64,000 nucleotides of DNA from Gloeobacterales cyanobacterium (GTDB taxonomy: Bacteria > Cyanobacteriota > Cyanobacteriia > Gloeobacterales > PMM-0068). Both the position numbers and the translations under genes were made by a program. Numbering within the stretch: position 1 is the first letter of the stretch; the number at the start of each line of letters is the position of its first letter. The stretch is taken from NCBI GenBank assembly GCA_038245785.1, contig JBBRSB010000028.1, positions 1-64,000 of the forward strand, read 5' to 3'. Shown one piece after another: positions 1-9,507 of the stretch. The notes below the pieces were generated by a model. That model saw only the letters and a program-made list of their open reading frames with translations. It did not search any database and was not told where the DNA came from.

Positions 1-84
1 CACGCTATCTACTGCTTGGATGCCTAAGCTTTCTAGAATCAATGTGCGGTGCATGTCATAAGCTTGAGCCTCTTTGCAGCAAAG

Positions 85-262
85 GCTCCCCTCCCTAGGC
101 GAAGCCTTCCCGCAGGGTGGGGAGCTGGCCCGCAAGGGCCTAAGGGGTTGGATTACAGCCTTTCCAAGAATGAATCAGCTCTGCCAACTTACCCTTCGGG
201 AAGCTAACGCTATGAGGGATTTGGGCTTCCCTGAGCGTCAGCCGAACGGGGGCGGTTCAAAT
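85..262. repeat. Composite of short dispersed GC-rich hairpin repeats (SDR/REP-like)
   Basis: Shares GGGGAGCTGGCCCGCAAGGGCCTNAGGGGTT and CGGGAAGCT..CGCTATG.GGGATTT.GGCTTCCCTGAGCGTCAGCCGAAC with 60201-60375. Confidence 0.8.
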
Positions 263-367
263 GATGCATAACCGCTAAGATGATCGAGGGCCAAAGTCAG
301 GTATGAGCTCTAAGTACACGCAGGTTTTCTCCTGAGCATGTGAAATACAAAACAAAGCAGGCCATCT

Positions 368-2632
368 ATGACTTTTGAAGAGACACGGGACCCACACAAG
401 CTCATTGATCCCTCCAAGCCCCAAGTCGGCGGCGGTTGGCCTGTTATCGAGTACTGGGCAGAAAATACGTTAAGCCCAGAAGGCCCTGAAATCTGGAAAA
501 AGTTGTTTCATCACCATGCCTGTAAGTCCTGTGCTTGGGGGACAAGCGGATTCACCAATGAGTTGGGCCAGCCGCTACAGCGCTGCATGAAAGGTTTAGA
601 AGCAGAAAAGGGTGATATTCAAAAAGGGATCGCTCCAGACTTTTTCTCGCGCCACTCTCTAGAAGAGCTAAAAATGCTCAGCTCTTATCAGGCAGAGCGT
701 TTGGGACGATTTAGCTATCCGGTGATTTTGCGTGCAGGCAGCAGCAAATACGAACCGATTGGTTGGGAAGAAATCTATAGCATTGCCCAAACGGCTTTTC
801 AAAACTCGCCAGAGCGAATTGCGTCCTACAGTTCTGGCCGCAGTTCCAATGAAGCAGCTTTTACGCTGCAACTGATGATGCGGGCTATGGGTTCCGAGAA
901 CTTAGCAGATTGTTCCGACCTGTGCCACGTCCCTAGTACCCGCGCCTTGAACAAAATGTTTGGCACTAAAACTTCGATTGTGCAACTGGAAGACCTGCAC
1001 AAGGCTGACTGTTTCGTTATGGTCGGATCGAACGCACCGGCCAATGCCCCGCGCCTGATGAACGAATTAAAAGATCTGCGTGCCAGGGGAGGACGAATTC
1101 TGGTCATTAATCCTGTGGTTGAAGTGGGACTGGTCAAATTTGCTTCACCTGCAGAGGTCAAGTCGCTCGTTCTCGGCTCCGACATCGCTTCTCTGTACCT
1201 GCAGCCTCACCCTGGTAGTGATGCCGCCTTATTTCTCGGTATCCAGAAATGGTTGATTGAAAACGATCGAGCGGATCTGTCCTACCTCAAGGCGCACACC
1301 CTGGATTGGGAAAAGGTCATCCAGCATGCTCAGTCCCTCGACTGGCAGACAATTACCCAAATATGCGGCATCTCTATGGATGAGATTGCTGCGGCTGCCC
1401 AGATGATTGCAGACTCAAAGCGTGTGATCTTTAGCTGGGCGATGGGGATTACGCAGCAGGCAAATGGGGTTGAAAATGTAATGGCGATTGCCAATACAGC
1501 ACTTTTAACCGGAAATGTGGCGAAAGAAGGAGCTGGATGCATGCCCATCCGTGGGCATTCCAATGTACAGGGCTTCGGATCCATGGGAGTCACCATCGAA
1601 CTGAAGGAAACCATCCGAGAGGCTTTAGAAAAGCTTTTAGGCAAACCGCTTAGTCGGGTTCCTGGCTTTAATACTCGCAAGCTGGTGCGTGGTTGTGAGG
1701 CAGGACAGGTTGACAGCCTGCTGTGTCTGGGAGGAAACCTATTCTCTGCTAATCCAGACAGTGACCAGGTCCGTCGGGCCTTAAGCCGTGTCAAAACAAT
1801 CATCTACCTATCGACCAAACCCAATCTTGGCCATTTCCATGGACTGGCGGCGGAGCAGACCATCATTATTCCAGTCCTAGCTCGCGGTGAACATAACTAC
1901 GTCACCACGGTCGAATCGGGCAATAACTTTGTGCGGCATAATGAGCCTGGGAGTACTCATCTGGATCGTCGTTATGTCATCTCTGAAATTGAGTTCCTAA
2001 CCAATCTCGCCTATAGCGTGCTCGGCAAAGCGCCGATCGATTGGCCTAAGATGCTTGACCCTGAATATATTCGCCAACTGATTGCTACGATCATTCCTGG
2101 CTATGGAAAAATTGCTGACATTGGTAGTACAGGTAAGGACTTTACGATTGAAGGCCGCATCTTGCACGACGGAGTATTCCCGACACCTACGGGCAAAGCA
2201 TCGATGTTTGTCACGCCGTTGCCTGAACTAAAACAGTTATCAACTGCAGCATGGAGTGTCGAAAGAAACCCCAAAGCCAAGCAATTCACGCTCATAACAG
2301 CCCGTTCCTATAGCCAGCACAATACCGTCGTCTATAAGCCAGGAGACTATTATCGGGGGATGCCCCACCGCAATTGCTTAATGATGCATGCTGAAGATGC
2401 AGTTCAAGAAGGCTTTAAAGAGCATGACAAAGTGACTGTTGAGGGCAAAGTTGGCCAGCTTTTAGAGGTGGAAGTGATTTTCGGAAATATCAAACGTGGA
2501 TCAATTATGATGTTTTACCCTGAGACAAACGCTATCATTCATCCAGAAGAAGACTCCCAATCTGATATCCCTGCCTTAAAATGCAATCCGGTATTGGTTT
2601 ATCAGGCAGATAGAGCATATAGCGTTGTATAA
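368..2632 (+). CDS. FdhF/YdeP-family molybdopterin oxidoreductase
   Basis: 754 aa; CKSCAWG, YSSGRSSNEAAF, DCSDLCH, PIRGHSNVQG motifs and C-terminal RSYSQHNT dinucleotide-binding domain. Confidence 0.88.
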   Translation: MTFEETRDPHKLIDPSKPQVGGGWPVIEYWAENTLSPEGPEIWKKLFHHHACKSCAWGTSGFTNELGQPLQRCMKGLEAEKGDIQKGIAPDFFSRHSLEELKMLSSYQAERLGRFSYPVILRAGSSKYEPIGWEEIYSIAQTAFQNSPERIASYSSGRSSNEAAFTLQLMMRAMGSENLADCSDLCHVPSTRALNKMFGTKTSIVQLEDLHKADCFVMVGSNAPANAPRLMNELKDLRARGGRILVINPVVEVGLVKFASPAEVKSLVLGSDIASLYLQPHPGSDAALFLGIQKWLIENDRADLSYLKAHTLDWEKVIQHAQSLDWQTITQICGISMDEIAAAAQMIADSKRVIFSWAMGITQQANGVENVMAIANTALLTGNVAKEGAGCMPIRGHSNVQGFGSMGVTIELKETIREALEKLLGKPLSRVPGFNTRKLVRGCEAGQVDSLLCLGGNLFSANPDSDQVRRALSRVKTIIYLSTKPNLGHFHGLAAEQTIIIPVLARGEHNYVTTVESGNNFVRHNEPGSTHLDRRYVISEIEFLTNLAYSVLGKAPIDWPKMLDPEYIRQLIATIIPGYGKIADIGSTGKDFTIEGRILHDGVFPTPTGKASMFVTPLPELKQLSTAAWSVERNPKAKQFTLITARSYSQHNTVVYKPGDYYRGMPHRNCLMMHAEDAVQEGFKEHDKVTVEGKVGQLLEVEVIFGNIKRGSIMMFYPETNAIIHPEEDSQSDIPALKCNPVLVYQADRAYSVV

Positions 2633-3145
2633 GAAATAGGAATTAATTGCTATACACTTTTGATTAATTTGTTAAGTACTCTTCAATAGTTATAAAGAAG
2701 CCCAGTTTATAATCTTCAAACGTCAGTACCTCGGGCGGTTCCACTGAAAGGTTTAGCTTTCCTTAGGTAACTGTAAAGTAGGGGAAACGACAAAAACCCT
2801 ACACCATCAACCATAAACTGGGCCTTTATATCTCAGGTCACTCGCTACCCTGCTATCGTTCTCCTTTGGGTTTGCAATTCGTAAACATGCACCGCAAAAT
2901 GTTTACTGTGACCGTGCAGATAGCTGAAATTAACTACCTGCTTGTTTCTATTATGTTTTAGGCAGCCGGGATAATCATCTTGCGTTAGAGGGATCATCCT
3001 CTCTTACTTTTGACAGATACTAATTTCTAGCATTTGACAAATCTGTAAAAATTTATCTTTGTATCGATTTTTACAGATTCTCTAACTGCTAAAAGAAAGA
3101 TATAACTCTTGCGAACTCAAATGAATAAAAGAAGAAAGATTTTTA

Positions 3146-3630
3146 TAGGTCTAACAGGTGAACAATGTTAGGGGGGTGATTGAACTACTCAATCGTGACC
3201 TCTCCGGTACCTACCTGCTACTTATTAAAACCAAGAAAGCCTAGTGGGATGTGTAGGGGCCACAGTTTCGAATGCTGCTAAAACTGTGGAATGAACAGAG
3301 TGAACCCTAATGCACAATCTTGACAGCTATACAGAACGAACACGCATACTCGGCGGCTATCCTGTTGCTACCGCTGCCGAGTTTTTACAAATGGCCTCTA
3401 TTCAGAAAAATCCTGAGGTGGAATCTACGACGCTCCAAATGGTAGATAGTTTGCTCAAGGACCACGAGCCGCTCATCTGTTCTTTGCGTAAGCATATCAA
3501 CATGTGTAGTGAACTCTATAACGATAGAGGAACGGGGCGGATTTTCTAGCAGTTCTAATGGAACGTCATAAGCATGTGGCATAGATACTTCGTTCTTCCC
3601 TAGTGCGTGCCTTTATTGAAGGAGAACCTT
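3146..3630 (+). pseudogene. dps: Dps (DNA-binding ferritin-like) pseudogene
   Basis: Manual translation: VIELLNRDLSGTYLLLIKTKKA*WDV*GPQFRML.. / ..ERTRILGGYPVATAAEFL.. / ..DFLAVLMERHKHVA*ILRS..FIEGE; several in-frame stops and frameshifts; ends approximate. Confidence 0.85.
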
Positions 3631-3861
3631 TTGATATGGACGGGCATTTCCTCATTTAAAAAAAAGAATGGAACAATTCTGATAGCTCGTTAAGCCTGCT
3701 CTAGCTCAATATCATCAGCTGTCTAATCTGGCCAATCTGGTTTGATAAATCTTACTTAGGAGAAGAATATTCTAATGCAGACTATTACTAAAGATAGATA
3801 ACGATTAGTTACTTAGTTGTTACACTTAATATTAAGTAAACGTTGATTTGGGAGCAAGCTT

Positions 3862-4089
3862 ATGCAAACTGACAGAGAGCCAAGAGGCAGGAACATCGTC
3901 AATGATCCTTTAGACGCGAACTACGACCGCAATGCGTTTCGCTTCGGATTTACGCCACAGGCAGAAATCTGGAACGGCCGCTTTGCCATGATTGGTTTTG
4001 TTGCTTATCTATTATGGGACCTTGGCGGTTACAGTGTTCTCCGTGATGTGTTGGGATTGGTTGCTGGTAGCGGTTTTCCTGGTAAATAG
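3862..4089 (+). CDS. hli: High-light inducible protein (HLIP, chlorophyll a/b-binding family)
   Basis: FGFTPQAEIWNGRFAMIGF (ExxNGRxAMxG) motif; GGAG SD. Confidence 0.92.
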   Translation: MQTDREPRGRNIVNDPLDANYDRNAFRFGFTPQAEIWNGRFAMIGFVAYLLWDLGGYSVLRDVLGLVAGSGFPGK

Positions 4090-4122
4090 TAGTCTCAATG
4101 AAAAGCCATCATTTTAGTTAAA

Positions 4123-4157
4123 AGGCCCTCTATCATCTAGTATAGGGGGCTATTTTT
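4123..4157 (+). terminator. Rho-independent terminator after first hli
   Basis: GGCCCTCTAT..ATAGGGGGCT stem followed by TTTTT. Confidence 0.6.
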
Positions 4158-4349
4158 GAATAATGTCACATAAGCAACAGTAGTATACAGATACTTCTTA
4201 AATAAACAGCCTAATGCTTTTAAACATCCAATTTTATCTTACTTAAGAAGAGAGATTTCACCTAGAAACTATTACTAAAGATAGACAGAATGTAGTTGCT
4301 AAGCTTGATATACTTGTCAATAAGCAAACGTTGTCTTGGGAGTAATTTT

Positions 4350-4583
4350 ATGCAATCCGAAAGAGATCCAAAGGGAAAAATAGTTGCGCATGATCCACTA
4401 GACTTGACTCATGATAGGAATGCGTTTCGTTTTGGTTTTACACCACAAGCAGAGATTTGGAATAGCCGCTTGGCGATGATCGGCTTTGTTGCTTATTTAC
4501 TGTGGGATCTAGGTGGTTACAGCGTTCTTCGTGACGTACTAGGCGTAGTTTCTGGTAATGGAGTAGGTGCGCCTCCAATGTAA
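4350..4583 (+). CDS. hli: High-light inducible protein (HLIP), tandem paralog
   Basis: FGFTPQAEIWNSRLAMIGF; start moved to ATG 4350 by homology with the first copy and GGAG SD. Confidence 0.92.
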   Translation: MQSERDPKGKIVAHDPLDLTHDRNAFRFGFTPQAEIWNSRLAMIGFVAYLLWDLGGYSVLRDVLGVVSGNGVGAPPM

Positions 4584-4609
4584 TTCTTTAGCAAACATCT
4601 ATTGAGTAG

Positions 4610-4647
4610 GAAAGAATCCCTCTGTCAATTGACAGAGGGATTCTTTC
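4610..4647. terminator. Perfect 38-bp palindrome, likely bidirectional terminator
   Basis: GAAAGAATCCCTCTGTCAA|TTGACAGAGGGATTCTTTC between convergent hli and fasciclin genes. Confidence 0.75.
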
Positions 4648-4708
4648 TTGCATAAAAAAGGGGCTTTGTATCCCCTATTTCTTTGTAAATTCTAAAGCTG
4701 ATAAAACC

Positions 4709-5287
4709 TTATTTAGGCATCAAGACTCTGTCAATAGAGTGAATAACTCCATTGCTGGCCACCATATCGGCTTTAACAATGGAAGCACCGTTGACCGTCA
4801 TTTTTTTACCTGACTGCTTGAAAGTTAACAGTGTGGATCTTGCTGTAGCTGAGTTACTGCCTTGTGCAACCAGGTCTTTAAACAAGATTCTCTCGGGTAT
4901 TATATGGTATGTCAAAACTTTTCTCAGCTTTCCTCGATTTTCCTTCTTCAGTAAGCTCGCCAATTGTCCCTTAGGTAGTTTAGCAAAAGCCGCATCTGTA
5001 GGAGCCAAAACAGTTGAAGGACCCTCATTCTGTAGTGCCTGTTGTAGGCCTGCAGCTTCTACCGCTTTGATAAACGTTTTAAAACCTCCCGCCTGTGCAA
5101 CCTGAAAAATATTTTTAGAGGATGTTTTAACAGCAGAAGGAGAAGTAGGAGCTGGTTTAACATCAGTGGGTTGTTTTTCAGTGGTAGGCTGTTTTGCAGT
5201 TTCCATGGGTGCTGCATTTACGTTAGCAACAGATACAGTCATCAAGATGGCTGCCATTCCTAATCCCAGCAAATGTTTAGATAGCAT
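4709..5287 (-). CDS. Secreted fasciclin (FAS1) domain protein
   Basis: Signal peptide; TVLAPTDAAF, LTYHII and NGVIHSIDRVL motifs. Confidence 0.92.
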   Translation of the reverse strand: MLSKHLLGLGMAAILMTVSVANVNAAPMETAKQPTTEKQPTDVKPAPTSPSAVKTSSKNIFQVAQAGGFKTFIKAVEAAGLQQALQNEGPSTVLAPTDAAFAKLPKGQLASLLKKENRGKLRKVLTYHIIPERILFKDLVAQGSNSATARSTLLTFKQSGKKMTVNGASIVKADMVASNGVIHSIDRVLMPK

Positions 5288-5485
5288 AGGTTCAATTATC
5301 TCCTAAATCAATATTTATCCCGAACAATGTAAACACGTTTGCCATACGCTCACCTACGATTAAAATGGGTAGAAGTGATATACACCTCTACCCTGCGAAG
5401 GATATTTGAAGTCATTCATCTGGGCTGACCAACGCTCACTCAGCTCCGTAGGCTATAACGATAATTCAGACAACGATTTTAGAGA

Positions 5486-6055
5486 TCAGTCGATCAGCTG
5501 TAGATCATATTGTTCAGCTTGACGTTGCTTCTCTGCATAAACACGATGAGCCAGATCGAGCAATTCCTCTTCATTCATATCGGTCTCTGCACCCTTGAAA
5601 ACATAATCTTCCTCTTCACGGACGTGATTCTCCAGTGCCGCCTGTAGTTCCTTCAACGCGGCCATGCCTTCTTCAGTATCTACACCAAGCGCACGAATAT
5701 CTTCCAACAATTCCTTAGCTTCTTTGTGCTCCTCAATATTCTGTGGAATCCACTTTGCCGCACTTGGATATTGAGCAACAGTTGGATAGAATACTGCTTC
5801 TTCAGTATTTGCATGAACCGTCAGGACTTTGTATAGAACTCCAAAGTTTTCAATCTTGTCCTCAGGACTGGAGCTGTTGTTTATATCTGCGAACAAGCTA
5901 GCAAGACGGTCGTGGTCCACTTTCAGCAACTCGAAAACATCTTCAATGTCTCTTGCCCCAGATTCATTACGGGAAGGTTGATCAAGGTTGGTTGGCATCC
6001 CCGCTCTTAGGGAATCTGGCGCCATGCTTGACCCTTCAGTTGGTTGATTAATCAT
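5486..6055 (-). CDS. Hemerythrin/HHE cation-binding domain protein
   Basis: LKVDH..H..EEAVFYP..EEH..HVREEE; start placed at ATG 6055. Confidence 0.85.
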   Translation of the reverse strand: MINQPTEGSSMAPDSLRAGMPTNLDQPSRNESGARDIEDVFELLKVDHDRLASLFADINNSSSPEDKIENFGVLYKVLTVHANTEEAVFYPTVAQYPSAAKWIPQNIEEHKEAKELLEDIRALGVDTEEGMAALKELQAALENHVREEEDYVFKGAETDMNEEELLDLAHRVYAEKQRQAEQYDLQLID

Positions 6056-6371
6056 GGAAAACCCCTTTTGCATTTGCTCCTAATCCTATGTAGCTGAAGT
6101 GATTTTACCCTCATACCAGAGAGAGAAACAGGATGTAATAGATGCATCTTTAGGAGTATTTTGACTAAATTCTTCCGTTGGAGAGAGCTCTTTCACTGAG
6201 GCGTAGTTTAGCTTTAAAGGCACATATCCAGTGGGTTTGTGCAAAATATGAATGTGCAGCAGTAGATAGATGGTTTACAACTCCTAACCCACTCAGCATG
6301 GACAAAAGAATATTTCAAGGCGACTGACCACGTCTACTTACTTTTTCAAAGTTTTCGGGAGAAACAAAATA

Positions 6372-7235
6372 ATGGCTAAAAAAAGCGCTGAGAAGCAACC
6401 GCCGCAAAAACAGAAGCAGCAACCGGGTATCGAAAACCAGATGACATCCAAACCCATATCAGATGATCCGCAGTACAAGGGTGCAGACAAGCTTAAGGAC
6501 CGCGTTGCCCTAATCACAGGCGGGGATAGTGGCATCGGTAAGGCAGTCGCTATTCTCTTTGCAAAAGAGGGTGCCGATGTGGCCATCGTGCATCTAAACG
6601 AGTACGAGGATGCACGAATGACTCAACGCGCGGTTAAGGATCTTGGCCGTCAGTGCGCAATCTATACCGGAGACATCGGGAGCGAAGCATTCTGCAAAAA
6701 ATGTGTTGAAAATACTGTTCAAGAATTTGGACACCTAGACATTTTGGTCAATAATGCAGCCGAGCAACATCCGCAAGAAAATATTGAAGATATCAGTGCT
6801 GAACAATTAGAGCGCACTTTTCGTACTAATATCTTTTCGTACTTCTTTATGACCAAAGCAGCACTGCCCCACCTTAAGCCCGGCAGTACTATTATCAACA
6901 CCACTTCTGTGACGGCTTATAAGGGCAGCTCACATCTACTGGATTATTCTGCAACTAAGGGCGCCATCGTTTCCTTTACCCGCTCTTTATCTCAGTCGCT
7001 TATCAAAAAAGGGATTCGAGTCAACGGGGTAGCACCTGGTCCTATTTGGACACCGCTTATTCCAGCTTCTATGAAACCCGAGCGCGTAGCAGCTCATGGC
7101 TCCTCTGCGCCCATGGGCCGAGTTGGCCAACCGGAAGAAGTAGCACCCTGTTTTGTATTTCTTGCTTCAAATGATTCTTCCTATATGTCCGGTCAGATCC
7201 TACATCCCAATGGTGGCGAAGTGATCAATACCTGA
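6372..7235 (+). CDS. SDR-family oxidoreductase (general stress protein 39/YhdF-like)
   Basis: TGGDSGIG, NNAAEQ and YSATK motifs. Confidence 0.93.
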   Translation: MAKKSAEKQPPQKQKQQPGIENQMTSKPISDDPQYKGADKLKDRVALITGGDSGIGKAVAILFAKEGADVAIVHLNEYEDARMTQRAVKDLGRQCAIYTGDIGSEAFCKKCVENTVQEFGHLDILVNNAAEQHPQENIEDISAEQLERTFRTNIFSYFFMTKAALPHLKPGSTIINTTSVTAYKGSSHLLDYSATKGAIVSFTRSLSQSLIKKGIRVNGVAPGPIWTPLIPASMKPERVAAHGSSAPMGRVGQPEEVAPCFVFLASNDSSYMSGQILHPNGGEVINT

Positions 7236-7305
7236 TAAGCCGTTTATACATTTATGAAAGTTAGTTACTGCTATTACTTCAGTTGGGACAAGAAGGATTT
7301 TTATT

Positions 7306-8745
7306 TTGCATATCCAAACACCCAACTGGGTCAAGCATGCTGTTTTCTACCAAATTTTTCCTGACCGCTTCTCACGTAGTCAGCATGAGCTGTATCAGTT
7401 CCCTAATCTGGAGGATTGGTCTACTCCGCCTACTTTCTATAGTTACAAAGGCGGTAATTTGTGGGGTGTTCTTGAAAAACTGGACTACTTGGCAGATTTA
7501 GGCATCACGGCTCTTTATTTAACACCTATCTTTCAGTCAGCAAGCAACCACCGATATCATACCCATGACTACTACGCAATCGATCCCATGCTTGGAGGTA
7601 TGCCAGCCTTTCAAGCATTGCTAGAAGCTGCTCACGAACACGGCATGAAAATAGTTCTTGATGGTGTCTTTAATCATGCAAGTCGCGGTTTTTTCTTTTT
7701 TCATGACATTCTAGAAAATGGTCCTCATTCTCCATGGATTGACTGGTTTCATATTCAAGGCTGGCCGCTATCTCCCTACGATAGTGAACGGCCTGCCAAT
7801 TACTTCTGCTGGGATGATAATCGTGCACTGCCCCAGTTCAACCATGCCAACCCCCAAGTTCGCGAATACCTAATGCAGATTGGTGAGCACTGGATACGCG
7901 CAGGGATCGATGGCTGGCGGCTTGACGTTCCTGAGTGTATCGAAACATCTGGTTTCTGGGAGGAGTTTCGTCAGCGGATCAAGGCTATCAATCCAGAGGC
8001 TTATCTTGTCGGTGAAATCTGGGGTGATGCCCGTTCATGGCTGGATGGTACTCAGTTCGATGGCGTAATGAATTACCCATTTGCTGCGTCAACAATTGCT
8101 TTTGCCGCTGGCGAACGGGTGCAGATGGAACATGTGCAGGGGCGCTCTTACCAGCCTTATCCAGCACTCAGTGCCGCCGATTATGCGGTCCAAATCGAGA
8201 GTCTCCTCAGTCTTTACGATTGGCAGATCAATCTAACCCAGTTGAACCTATTGGCCAGTCACGACACCGCTCGACTGCTGACCATCGCAGGAAAGGATTC
8301 TGGAAGCGTGGAACTGGCTACCCTGCTACTTTTTACACTTCCGGGCACTCCCTGTATCTACTACGGGGATGAAGTCGGTATGGAGGGAGGGATAGATCCC
8401 GATGCGCGCCGAGGTTTCCCCGCTGAAGAACAATGGGACCGGGCTCTACAGGGCTATCACCGAGATCTCATCGCCCTGCGTCATCGCTACGCCTGCTTGC
8501 GCACGGGTACCTACAAAACTAGGCACGCATCCAGCCATACTTATATATTTGAGCGACAGCTAGATGGTGAAAATCTATGGGTTGCTGTCAATGCCGCTAT
8601 GCATTCCTCTCAACTAACTTTACCGTCATTAAATGCAGAAAAGTCTATGGTTCTTTTTGGTAGTGGAAAAGCCACTGTGTCTGACGGCCACCTTCACCTA
8701 GAATTACCTGCGCGCAGCGGATTAATCATCAAAATAAATCCGTAA
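7306..8745 (+). CDS. GH13 neopullulanase/cyclomaltodextrinase-type glycosidase
   Basis: FYQIFPDRF, DGVFNH, GWRLDV, GEIW and SHD conserved regions; TTG start. Confidence 0.92.
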   Translation: MHIQTPNWVKHAVFYQIFPDRFSRSQHELYQFPNLEDWSTPPTFYSYKGGNLWGVLEKLDYLADLGITALYLTPIFQSASNHRYHTHDYYAIDPMLGGMPAFQALLEAAHEHGMKIVLDGVFNHASRGFFFFHDILENGPHSPWIDWFHIQGWPLSPYDSERPANYFCWDDNRALPQFNHANPQVREYLMQIGEHWIRAGIDGWRLDVPECIETSGFWEEFRQRIKAINPEAYLVGEIWGDARSWLDGTQFDGVMNYPFAASTIAFAAGERVQMEHVQGRSYQPYPALSAADYAVQIESLLSLYDWQINLTQLNLLASHDTARLLTIAGKDSGSVELATLLLFTLPGTPCIYYGDEVGMEGGIDPDARRGFPAEEQWDRALQGYHRDLIALRHRYACLRTGTYKTRHASSHTYIFERQLDGENLWVAVNAAMHSSQLTLPSLNAEKSMVLFGSGKATVSDGHLHLELPARSGLIIKINP

Positions 8746-8824
8746 ACTAGTATCTGCCAACGCACTATTCTATTGACTACAATAGTAATAGAGAAAGAAA
8801 GCAAAATTATCTGAGGATAATGCT

Positions 8825-9304
8825 TTGGTTAGTGAAATATCCATTAGTTCTAAGGCCCCCAAATCGAAGCAACGCAGTAAACGTTTACTTCAGTTAGTAC
8901 CCAAAAAAGTTACCAAAAAAGAGCACATTCTTGAACTCTATAAACAAGGGGTTAAGGATGTGGCAGAAATTGCTGATCGAACTGAATCCCGCACCTCTTA
9001 TGTTTCCTATGTGCTGGGCAAAGCTGGTTTACTCAAGGGCTACTTTGACCTGTATACAACTACAGCTGAAGAGCAAAACGCCTATTCACGTTATTTCCGA
9101 GGCGTGCTGGCTTTTAAGAATGAACAAGCAGCGCATACTTCTGTAGATCGCATCGACGAACTCTACCGCCGCTTTGAGCAACTAGGAGATCGTGCTGGAC
9201 AGCACCAAGCTATGGTTGTTGCTTTGACAGGCATGAACCGAGCACGCTGGAGTGGCAAAGCGAGAGAGGCCGATATCTTTCGTGGCTGGTTGCATAGTCA
9301 CTGA
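8825..9304 (+). CDS. Hypothetical protein, possible N-terminal HTH
   Basis: 159-aa ORF; KKEHILELY..VAEIADRT..SYVSYVL helix-turn-helix-like segment; start uncertain. Confidence 0.65.
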   Translation: MVSEISISSKAPKSKQRSKRLLQLVPKKVTKKEHILELYKQGVKDVAEIADRTESRTSYVSYVLGKAGLLKGYFDLYTTTAEEQNAYSRYFRGVLAFKNEQAAHTSVDRIDELYRRFEQLGDRAGQHQAMVVALTGMNRARWSGKAREADIFRGWLHSH

Positions 9305-9363
9305 TGCTGGTGGTTGGCTCTTGTGTGAGTTCCGGTTCCCTCCATTGGAGCTACGGTCTAAAC

Positions 9364-9492
9364 AGATCTTGGAATCGTCCCCCTGCCCCCCATAGCGCAG
9401 CTTCTCGGAGAGTACTTTGGGGGGTTCTGACTCAAAGTTCTCCAGAATACTCTCCGAGAAGCTTACGTTATAGGGGATTTAGAGGGCGTGCG
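9364..9492. repeat. Dispersed hairpin repeat carrying two nested ~22-nt inserts
   Basis: Matches the reverse complement of 52418-52504 except for inserts at 9393-9414 and 9448-9470. Confidence 0.8.
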
Positions 9493-9507
9493 ATCTATAA
9501 CTCCTCC

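Noticed and set aside
74..271. Short ORFs at 74-271, 9304-9594, 43585-43896, 52353-52874 and 60262-60453
   Set aside because: They run through repeats, the gvpV-tail duplicate or the tRNA; no family motifs; most likely spurious
2700..2950. Possible riboswitch or ncRNA downstream of the oxidoreductase
   Set aside because: No recognisable aptamer consensus, convincing structure or ORF
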